Virus record (IMG/VR): IMGVR_UViG_3300031649_000001
Span: 1-64,000 of that record
Length of the DNA stretch: 64,000 bases
Direction: 5' to 3' (one strand)
From: a virus
In this document: positions 57,021 to 64,000 of the stretch, one piece after another
Position numbering within the stretch: the stretch's first letter is position 1
Layout: every line of letters begins with the position of its first letter
Program-made: the position numbers and the translations under genes
The notes under the pieces: model-generated
Database searches by the model: none
What the model was told of the DNA's origin: nothing
Seen by the model: the letters and a program-made list of their open reading frames with translations, nothing else

Positions 57021-57532
57021 CCACCCCCGTCCTCACCCCCGAGCAGGCCGACCCGGTCCTGGGCCCCAAGCTCCAGAGCTTTCTGGCGTGCGTGTGTGCG
57101 GAGCTGGCCGACGCCGGGCGGCCGGTGTGTCACTGCTGCCTGGTATGGGGAGCGACCCGGCCCCCGGCCGACTACTGCGACTGCGACTGTGCGGACGGCC
57201 ACGGCCAGGCGTACGTGCGGGTGGTCCGGCTGGACCCCCAGTCCACCGGCAACCGGACCACGATGATGAAGTGCCAGCCGGTACGGGTGCGCGCCTGGGT
57301 GGAGGCCGGTGTGTACCGGTGCGTGCCGACCGGCGACGGCGGCGAGCCCGTCACCTGCGACGAGCGGACCGAGTCCGCCTGGGGGTTCATCCGCGACGCC
57401 CGCGCCCTGCGGGCGGCGGTCGCCTGCTGCGACGCCCTCAAGAAGGACCGCATCGAGTTCATGTCCCAGGACCCCGCCGACGTCTCCGGCGGCTGTTCCG
57501 GCGTCTCCGTCCAGTTCACCCTGGATCTCTGA
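57017..57532 (+). CDS. Cys-rich neck/tail-terminator-like protein
   Basis: Follows the adaptor; G.YRC.P and A..CC...GGC.G. Confidence 0.55.
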   Translation: MTTPVLTPEQADPVLGPKLQSFLACVCAELADAGRPVCHCCLVWGATRPPADYCDCDCADGHGQAYVRVVRLDPQSTGNRTTMMKCQPVRVRAWVEAGVYRCVPTGDGGEPVTCDERTESAWGFIRDARALRAAVACCDALKKDRIEFMSQDPADVSGGCSGVSVQFTLDL

Positions 57533-57582
57533 TGTACTGACCCCCGTGTCTGAGCCCTTGGCGGGTCCGGACCCTGTGCGTC

Positions 57583-57612
57583 GAGGCCCCGAGGGTGGTT
57601 CCCCGGGGCCTC
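57583..57612 (+). terminator. hairpin ending the structural operon
   Basis: GAGGCCCCG/CGGGGCCTC stem. Confidence 0.45.
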
Positions 57613-57656
57613 CGCCGTTCCCCCCTCCTCCGTGACCGCCCTCCTACGCACTGTGA

Positions 57657-57700
57657 TGAGACACGGGGTTTGCGCACGGGGATGCGGGCCTATAACGTTG
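57657..57700 (+). promoter_or_regulatory. IR-family promoter (left arm only)
   Basis: TGAGACACGGGGT-TTGCGC-17 bp-TAACGT. Confidence 0.65.
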
Positions 57701-57742
57701 CGCCCCGTCACAACCTGCACACATCACCCTGGGGGGACCCAA

Positions 57743-58195
57743 ATGATTCACAACCGGCTCAAGCATGCCGCCGTCACCGCCGTCGCCGCCCTGGCGCTGG
57801 CCGCCTTCGCCACCGCCTGCGAGGACACCACCGCCGACACCGGCTCGTCCTCCAGCTCCGAGGCCAAGAAGGACACCGAGACCAAGGCACCGTCCAAGTC
57901 CGTCGCCGACCAGTTCGCCGCGTACGTCGCCAAGAGCGGCACCGCGAACGAGAAGGCCGCCGCCAAGCACGTCGTCAAGATCCAGGGCGGCGACGACAAC
58001 AACGACATCGCCGACACGGCCGACATCCACACGGACCTCAAGGGCGACCTGATGGACCAGGGCGTCACCGGCTCCGCCAAGCTGCTCTCCTCCGCCTTCG
58101 CCGACTTCCAGGAGAGCCGGGGCAAGGACAGCAAGAACGGCCTGGTCACGGTCTACAACGCGTCCGGCGACATCATCGGGAACGGACAGTACTGA
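57743..58195 (+). CDS. lipoprotein
   Basis: Signal peptide with lipobox-like FATAC. Confidence 0.7.
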   Translation: MIHNRLKHAAVTAVAALALAAFATACEDTTADTGSSSSSEAKKDTETKAPSKSVADQFAAYVAKSGTANEKAAAKHVVKIQGGDDNNDIADTADIHTDLKGDLMDQGVTGSAKLLSSAFADFQESRGKDSKNGLVTVYNASGDIIGNGQY

Positions 58196-58197
58196 CC

Positions 58198-58776
58198 ATG
58201 ACGACACCGCCCGCAGCCTTCCCGCCGCCGCCCCCGATACCCCCGCACCAGCCCCAGGCTCAGCCGTCGCGTCGGCGCGTGCTGGTGGCCGTGGCCCTCG
58301 CCGGGGTGGTGCTGGTCGCGGCGACCGCCGGGATCACCACGGCCATCGTGTCCGGCTCCGAAGACCCGAAGCCGGGCGAGCCCCGCCCCGCCGCCACCGC
58401 CTCCACGGCTGCCGAACCGCTGCTCACGGAGGAGCCGGAGGAGGAGCCCCAGGCGGCGTACAACACGGAGCCCGACGCGAGCGACTTCACGCTGACGCTG
58501 AAGAAGAAGCGCCAGCAGTGCTTCGGGTCGGCCGGGTGCAACGTGACCGTGGAGCCCGACCTCTCGTACACGGCCGTGCTGCCGCTGGACCCCGAGGTCG
58601 CCTACTCCATCACCTATGAGATCAAGGGCGGCGACGACGGCCCGGTGATCGAGACGCTGGAGCTCACCGACGGCGACCAGCTCTCCTACTCGGAGGTCAG
58701 TGTGAGCACCCCGGGCAGCGGCACCAAGCTGACTGCGGAGGTGACGGACGTCGAGAGCGACGGGTCCGCGTACTGA
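58198..58776 (+). CDS. membrane-anchored extracellular protein
   Basis: Pro-rich N-terminus, TM helix, QCFGSAGCNVT domain. Confidence 0.7.
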   Translation: MTTPPAAFPPPPPIPPHQPQAQPSRRRVLVAVALAGVVLVAATAGITTAIVSGSEDPKPGEPRPAATASTAAEPLLTEEPEEEPQAAYNTEPDASDFTLTLKKKRQQCFGSAGCNVTVEPDLSYTAVLPLDPEVAYSITYEIKGGDDGPVIETLELTDGDQLSYSEVSVSTPGSGTKLTAEVTDVESDGSAY

Positions 58777-58787
58777 TCCACGCTGAT

Positions 58788-58816
58788 GAGGGCCGCCCGC
58801 TGCCGGGGCGGCCCTC
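58788..58816 (+). terminator. hairpin terminator
   Basis: 11-bp stem GAGGGCCGCCC/GGGCGGCCCTC. Confidence 0.65.
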
Positions 58817-58830
58817 TTCGCGTCGACAGG

Positions 58831-58883
58831 GTGAGACATGAGGTTTGCGCGCACAGGACTGTGATGCTAACGTCGTGTCTCAC
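58831..58883 (+). promoter_or_regulatory. IR-family promoter
   Basis: GTGAGACATGAGGT-TTGCGC-17 bp-TAACGT-CGTGTCTCAC. Confidence 0.75.
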
Positions 58884-58929
58884 GACACCGGGGGCGCCGC
58901 CCCCACCACGACCAGCCGAGGAGCCCGCC

Positions 58930-60171
58930 ATGGCCGCCAAGACCACCGCCACCGTCGAGACCACCATCACCACCCTGACCGGCGAGGCCTTCGCGACCGT
59001 CGGCTGGTCCACCAGCCGCACCAAGGTAGACGAGGTCCGCGAGTACAAGTGGACCGCCCCCCACGCCCTCAAGGTGTGGCGCTTCGCCCGCATGGACGAC
59101 CAGTGGTTCGGCTTCTGCTGGAAGTGCGACGGCGCCGGGAACATCGGCTACGGCCCCGACAACGGCGTCTGCTGGGAGTGCTCCGGCCACGGCCTCCGCG
59201 ACTACTGGACGGTCGGCGAGGAGTTCGACACCAAGCTCCGCAACATCGAGCGCTCCGTGAAGGCCGAGTCCACCAAGCAGGCCAAGGCTATCGCCGCCCG
59301 CCACGCCGAGATCGCCGAGTGGCGCGCCGCCAACCCCGAGCTGATCACCTGGGCCGAGGCCAAGACCCCCACCGGCACCGAGCCCCACGAGGTCCTGACC
59401 GGAGAGACCCAGGACGTGTACGACGGCTACACCCCCAACGTCCAGTACGCCATCCGCTGCGTCCGCTACGGCACCGCCCTGGACCGCAAGCTCACCGGCC
59501 TGCTCCGCAAGGTGATCGCCGACGAGGCCAACGCCCCGGCCGTCAAGCCCAGCCGCCACGCCGGTGCGGAGGGCGACCGCCCGACCATCACCGGCAAGGT
59601 CGTCATGTGGCGCAACAACGAGGAGGACGGCTACCTCACCGTCAAGGTGGAGGGCGAGGGCGCCGACACCGGCATCACCTTCTTCACCAACACCAGTTCC
59701 GCCTCCGCCTACGAGCTGGAGGAGGGCGACCTGGTGATGGTCAAGGCGACCATTAAGCGCAACGAGGTGTACCGGGTGACCGGCCAGAAGTCGGACCGCG
59801 TCGGCCGCGCCGTCTTCACCAAGGTCGACGAGATCCCCGCCCCCGCCGCGCCGGTCGCCACGGTCGCTGAGACGGCCCCGCAGGCGCCGGTTGAGACCCC
59901 GGCCCCGGCCGCCCCCGCCAGCGAGCCCACGACCCCGCAGAGCGACGCCACGCCCGTCCGCAAGACCGGCCGCCGCGCAGCCCAGGGCGCGTCCTCCGTG
60001 GACGGCTGGGAGCTGCTCTACGACAAGCCCAAGGCGGGCGCCGAGGTGGTCCGCAAGGACGGCCGCTACGCCCTCGCCTGCAAGACCCACCGCACCCTCC
60101 ACCACCTGGACCGCCTCTCCGACGAGGGCAAGGTCCGCAAGGCGGGCGGCTGGTGCACCGAGTGCCACTGA
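58930..60171 (+). CDS. zinc-finger plus OB-fold-like phage protein
   Basis: CWKCDGAG...CWECSGHG; beta-rich GDR.TITGKV...GD.V.VKATIK; C-terminal C..H/C..C. Confidence 0.65.
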   Translation: MAAKTTATVETTITTLTGEAFATVGWSTSRTKVDEVREYKWTAPHALKVWRFARMDDQWFGFCWKCDGAGNIGYGPDNGVCWECSGHGLRDYWTVGEEFDTKLRNIERSVKAESTKQAKAIAARHAEIAEWRAANPELITWAEAKTPTGTEPHEVLTGETQDVYDGYTPNVQYAIRCVRYGTALDRKLTGLLRKVIADEANAPAVKPSRHAGAEGDRPTITGKVVMWRNNEEDGYLTVKVEGEGADTGITFFTNTSSASAYELEEGDLVMVKATIKRNEVYRVTGQKSDRVGRAVFTKVDEIPAPAAPVATVAETAPQAPVETPAPAAPASEPTTPQSDATPVRKTGRRAAQGASSVDGWELLYDKPKAGAEVVRKDGRYALACKTHRTLHHLDRLSDEGKVRKAGGWCTECH

Positions 60172-60227
60172 CCGCCCCGCCCCCCGGCCGCCCGGCCGGG
60201 GGGCCGATCCACGCAGATAGAGAGCGC

Positions 60228-60707
60228 ATGTTCACCAAGGAGTGGTACGCCGACCCCGCCGACCTGATGCGCGGCTGGGTGACGCTGACCGAGCACACCC
60301 AGTGGTCCCCGACCCGGGGCTGGGAGATCACCGGCTACACCGTCCACGCCACCCACTGGAGCCTGCCCGAGGGCGAGCCCGGGTTCCTCCCCCACAGCAC
60401 CGGCCAGCCCATCGCCGAGTGGGCCGACGCGCTGGCCGCGTACGTGGACCGGCTGTCGGAGCTGGACGCCGCCAACCGGCAGAAGCCCGCGCCGCTCCCG
60501 CCGCAGGTGCAGACCCTGACCGGGCTGGCCGACATCCGGTGGGTGCGCCTGTCGGAACTCAAGGACGGCGACCACATCAAGGACTCCCACGGCTGGCAGG
60601 TGATCCAGGACGTGGAGCACGCCGACGGCCGTACCCGCTGGAGCCTGGTCGGCGACGACCACCGCGCCGTGTGGCCTTCCAGCCAGGCCATCCAGCGCAC
60701 CACCTGA
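60228..60707 (+). CDS. hypothetical protein
   Basis: Bounded by 12-bp motifs; GC3 bias. Confidence 0.65.
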   Translation: MFTKEWYADPADLMRGWVTLTEHTQWSPTRGWEITGYTVHATHWSLPEGEPGFLPHSTGQPIAEWADALAAYVDRLSELDAANRQKPAPLPPQVQTLTGLADIRWVRLSELKDGDHIKDSHGWQVIQDVEHADGRTRWSLVGDDHRAVWPSSQAIQRTT

Positions 60708-60739
60708 TCCACGCAGACAGAGAGAGGACCAAGCCAGCC

Positions 60740-60985
60740 ATGATCCTGCGCCAGTACCGCCTGACCCTGACCCACTACCGCGACAGCAAGGTGATCGGGG
60801 AGCCGGTCATCGTGCCCGCCCCCCACCACGCCGGTGACCTCCTGGTCCACGACGGCGACGTGTGGGAGGTGATCCGCTGCGAGACCCAGCTCCCCGACCC
60901 GCGCGAGACGGCCGAGGAGGCCCGCGAGCCCATCGAGGTGAACGTCGTGGTCGGCGAGGTCGCGGACCACCTGACCGACCGCTGA
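60740..60985 (+). CDS. hypothetical protein
   Basis: GAGAGGA RBS; bounded by 12-bp motifs. Confidence 0.6.
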   Translation: MILRQYRLTLTHYRDSKVIGEPVIVPAPHHAGDLLVHDGDVWEVIRCETQLPDPRETAEEAREPIEVNVVVGEVADHLTDR

Positions 60986-61016
60986 TCCACGCAGACCGAG
61001 AAAGAGGACGCACCGC

Positions 61017-61628
61017 ATGACGCACACCTGGGGCCCGGACCACATCATCCACGTGGACCTGGAAGATGACCGCGACCGCGCCAGCGACGACTACAGCCGG
61101 TACGGCTCCTACGTCGGCGCCCGCGAACTCAGCTTCCAAGACACCTGGGCCAAGCCCGAGCTGAAGCCCGCTGAGCCCATCGCGTTCGCGGCGACCGCCT
61201 GGACGGTGGCCTGCCCGCCCATCATGTCGCCCGGCCTGGTGGACTGGCGCCCCGACATCCACAAGATCGAGATCGGCTACGACGAAGACGGCCACGACCT
61301 GATGGCCACCGTGGAACTCCCCCTTGAGCACCACCAGTTGGCCGCCAAGATCCCCTACCAGTACCAGGACTGGGCCCGGCACAACCACTGGCGCGGCGAC
61401 GACTACGTCTACCTGATGCACGGCGGCGTCCGCAGGGGCAAGCCCACCGTCACCGCCCTGGTCACCGTCCAGCACATCCTCACCTCGGTCACGCTGGTCA
61501 CCCCGCCCGCCCACCCCACCGGCCGCGCCCTGGTGGACGCGGCCCTCCAGTCCGTGGAACTGACGGCCGCCGCCCTCAACGCGGAGCTTCCGGAGATCAT
61601 CAACCGGGTGCAGGGGCGGGACCGATGA
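61017..61628 (+). CDS. hypothetical protein
   Basis: GAGGA RBS; SRYG.Y...FAA.AW..A.PP.MSPG. Confidence 0.7.
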   Translation: MTHTWGPDHIIHVDLEDDRDRASDDYSRYGSYVGARELSFQDTWAKPELKPAEPIAFAATAWTVACPPIMSPGLVDWRPDIHKIEIGYDEDGHDLMATVELPLEHHQLAAKIPYQYQDWARHNHWRGDDYVYLMHGGVRRGKPTVTALVTVQHILTSVTLVTPPAHPTGRALVDAALQSVELTAAALNAELPEIINRVQGRDR

Positions 61629-62173
61629 GCCGCGCCCGCCGGTACCCGGTCGGCGGCGACCCCGGCCCCATCCCCGCAGATAAGCCGGTGCCGACCAAGA
61701 ACCAGATCCTGGTCATCGTGGACTCGGCCCGCGACCCCATGACCCGGCCCGCCATCCTGCTGGCGGCAGCCCGCCTGTTCGACGTGCAGCCGCCCGGCCA
61801 GCGCGCAGAAGAGGCCACCCGGTGGGCCCGCCGGGTGATGAACTACCCGGCCGCCGAACGCCTCCTGGACCGGATGGAGATCGACGAGCTGATCACCGGC
61901 TCGGAGGCGTGGGAGTGGGCCCAGGTGGGCCACCCCATCGGCGGCGCCCAGGCGCGGACCACATACTTCTTCACCGCCCGCCAGGCCCTCGCGCTCCGGG
62001 GGCGTAACGAACACCACCGGGACGACGTCCTATGGGGGCAGGCGGAGCGCGCCGCCGACTCGCTGATGAGGAAGCTCCACAGCGGCGAGTGGGAGCGCGC
62101 CAGGGACACGGCGTACGCCGCCCTCCTGAAAGGGCTGCCCGCTCCATACACAGACGCACAGGAGCCCTCATGA
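61625..62173 (+). CDS. hypothetical protein
   Basis: ATGA-coupled. Confidence 0.65.
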   Translation: MSRARRYPVGGDPGPIPADKPVPTKNQILVIVDSARDPMTRPAILLAAARLFDVQPPGQRAEEATRWARRVMNYPAAERLLDRMEIDELITGSEAWEWAQVGHPIGGAQARTTYFFTARQALALRGRNEHHRDDVLWGQAERAADSLMRKLHSGEWERARDTAYAALLKGLPAPYTDAQEPS

Positions 62174-62661
62174 CCGAGCCCGCCACCCCGCCGGAGTTCC
62201 GGCGGCCCGAGCGCCTGACCCAGGTCCCCGAGTACCTGATCAAGCAGGCCGTCACCAACATCACCGCCCTGGTCGACCACGACACGGAGAAGTGCGACGA
62301 GGTAGTACGCCGGGTGCTGGCGGCGCTGCTTCTGGCCGCGCCGGACATGCCCGACGCGCTGACCTACCGCTACCCCGACGGCTACGCCACGGACGAACCG
62401 ATGCACACGGCGGCGGTCCACGTCTGCAAGTGGGGGATGCTCCGCCGCAACGGCGACGTGGTCATGTGCGCCCTGGACGAGCCCTACGAGGACGGCGACC
62501 CCGGCCCCGGCCACGACACCCCCGGCGAGCACGGCTGGCGCGACGCCGACGCCGACGACGACCACACGCCGTTCCGCGAGAGCGACCCGCGCGCCTTCCA
62601 CGCGCCCACCTGGGAGGGCGCCGTCCGCCCGCCCGTAGAGATCTCCACCCACCACCTGTAG
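62170..62661 (+). CDS. hypothetical protein
   Basis: AGGAG RBS, ATGA-coupled. Confidence 0.6.
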   Translation: MTEPATPPEFRRPERLTQVPEYLIKQAVTNITALVDHDTEKCDEVVRRVLAALLLAAPDMPDALTYRYPDGYATDEPMHTAAVHVCKWGMLRRNGDVVMCALDEPYEDGDPGPGHDTPGEHGWRDADADDDHTPFRESDPRAFHAPTWEGAVRPPVEISTHHL

Positions 62662-62672
62662 GGAGCCACCGC

Positions 62673-63197
62673 ATGCCCGAGCCCGCCCGGCCCGCCTGCC
62701 CGACCGGCGGCGAGCACCCGCCGCCGCCCCACCTGACCGCCACGTTCCCGCCGGTGGCCGACCGGCCCAACCTGGGCAAGGTGCTGACCGCCGCCTGGCA
62801 CGACTGCAAGCCGTGCATGGACCGGCACCGGGGCCTCGCCGTGGAGCACCCCGAACTCATCGAGGCCCTGTTCGGGATCTGGCTGATGTGGATGGCGATC
62901 ACCGCCGACGCCCTGGAGCGGCCGACCGTGGAGACGGCCGCCGAGCTGGCGGACAGCTTCCTGCCGCCCGGCTCGCCCCAGCCCACCGATGACACCCGCG
63001 CCATCCTCATCTCCACCACCCTGAAGGTGACGCCCGGCCCTCTGGGCAAGCCGGTCAACACCTGGGGCCACGCCGAGGTCACCAGCCTGATCGGCGCCAT
63101 GTTCCACGACGGGCGCTCGCTGGTCTGGACCGACTCGCTGTCCTTCCTCACGGGCGTCCTGCGGGGCGAGGCCCGTGCCATCGCCGAGAGCAACTAG
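62673..63197 (+). CDS. hypothetical protein
   Basis: GGGAG RBS; CKPC. Confidence 0.6.
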   Translation: MPEPARPACPTGGEHPPPPHLTATFPPVADRPNLGKVLTAAWHDCKPCMDRHRGLAVEHPELIEALFGIWLMWMAITADALERPTVETAAELADSFLPPGSPQPTDDTRAILISTTLKVTPGPLGKPVNTWGHAEVTSLIGAMFHDGRSLVWTDSLSFLTGVLRGEARAIAESN

Positions 63198-63206
63198 GAG
63201 CAGAGC

Positions 63207-63740
63207 ATGACCATCTACGCCACTCACCGGCACAGCACCAACACCAAGACCACCGGCCCGCTGGAGGCGTTCCCGTCCGTGGAGCGGGCCAGCGTCGCGC
63301 TCCAGCTCCGCGCCCGCAAGCAGGAGTCCGGCACCTACTACCTGGACGAAGACACCGACGTCACGCCCCGGCCCCCGGTGCAGTTCCCGGAGGCCGACCT
63401 GACCGGCTACCTGCTGGTCTGGCGGCGCAAGGGCGGCGAGGCCCGGCCCGAGCCCGGCGAGGAGCCGGAGGAGCGGTGGCGCCTGACGGCGGGGGGCGCC
63501 GTCATCAAGGAGCCGTACGCCGACCGCGACCCGGCCTACGAGCTGCCCCAGCTCACCCCGAAGGAGCGCCGCACCAAGGCGCTCCACGCCCTTCGCGAGG
63601 TACCCCCGCTCACCGATGAGTTCCGCGCCGGACTGGACCCCATGTGGAAGCGGGTGCTGCGGGACCTGGTCCAGGACACCGAGGCCGAGGACGCCATCCT
63701 CCGCGTGATGCAGACCGCATGGAAGACCGACCAGAAGTGA
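63207..63740 (+). CDS. hypothetical protein
   Basis: AGGAG RBS, GC3 bias. Confidence 0.65.
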   Translation: MTIYATHRHSTNTKTTGPLEAFPSVERASVALQLRARKQESGTYYLDEDTDVTPRPPVQFPEADLTGYLLVWRRKGGEARPEPGEEPEERWRLTAGGAVIKEPYADRDPAYELPQLTPKERRTKALHALREVPPLTDEFRAGLDPMWKRVLRDLVQDTEAEDAILRVMQTAWKTDQK

Positions 63741-64000
63741 GCGAGCCCGAGCTGAAGCTGCTGGTGGTGGACTGGGACTTCTTCTTCCCCAACCCGGCCT
63801 GGTCGGCGGACCCGACGGAGGAGTCCCTGCTGTACCTGTGGGACCACAAGGAGGCCCCGTTCTACCTGGGCCCGGTGGTCTGGGGGGCGCGGGCGTCGTC
63901 GTTCATCCGCAACGGGATGGAGCTGCCCCAGGTGGCGGGCTGGGAGGGGTTCTGGAACCGCTTCAAGTTCAACGAGGACGGCGTCTCGGTGATCTACGGG
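63737..64000 (+). CDS. partial CDS running off the window (LVVDWDFF motif)
   Basis: GTGA overlap; open to the window end. Confidence 0.5.
   Translation, partial: MSEPELKLLVVDWDFFFPNPAWSADPTEESLLYLWDHKEAPFYLGPVVWGARASSFIRNGMELPQVAGWEGFWNRFKFNEDGVSVIYG

Larger units (their letters stand above)
1..64000. mobile_element. Segment of an actinobacterial phage-plasmid / plasmid prophage
   Basis: A plasmid-type rep with iterons and a ParA locus co-occur with terminase, portal, capsid and tail genes. No host housekeeping genes are present. Confidence 0.85.

Noticed and set aside
60207-60996. 12-bp motif series as a CRISPR or attC array
   Set aside because: Repeats are too short, spacing is gene-sized and irregular, and there is no attC-like hairpin or integrase in the window.

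Overview
This window is part of a high-GC (Streptomyces-like) phage-plasmid or plasmid prophage. The left end holds a RepL-type replication gene next to palindromic iteron-like repeats. It is followed by about 20 kb of mostly hypothetical accessory genes, including DUF932 and a ParB-like/ParA/RHH partition locus. Next comes an operon for probable DNA base hypermodification (ParB-N protein, DEDD exonuclease, glycosyltransferase, TET/JBP-like 2OG-Fe(II) dioxygenase) that runs into the terminase genes. The virion module resembles that of cluster-B mycobacteriophages: portal, a MuF-protease-NUDIX polyprotein, two capsid proteins, major tail with PKD repeats, a fibre/beta-helix spike and an adaptor. 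It is repeatedly interrupted by accessory islands. Three dispersed DNA motif families cover the window: (1) a 12-bp palindrome ATCYRCGYRGAT, about 26 exact copies by eye, many at gene junctions; (2) a conserved promoter bracketed by inverted-repeat operators; (3) all-G/C GGCCGCCCGCCCGG tracts. I recognised no integrase, tape measure, lysin, tRNA, rRNA or CRISPR array. All family assignments come from motif recognition by eye, not database searches.
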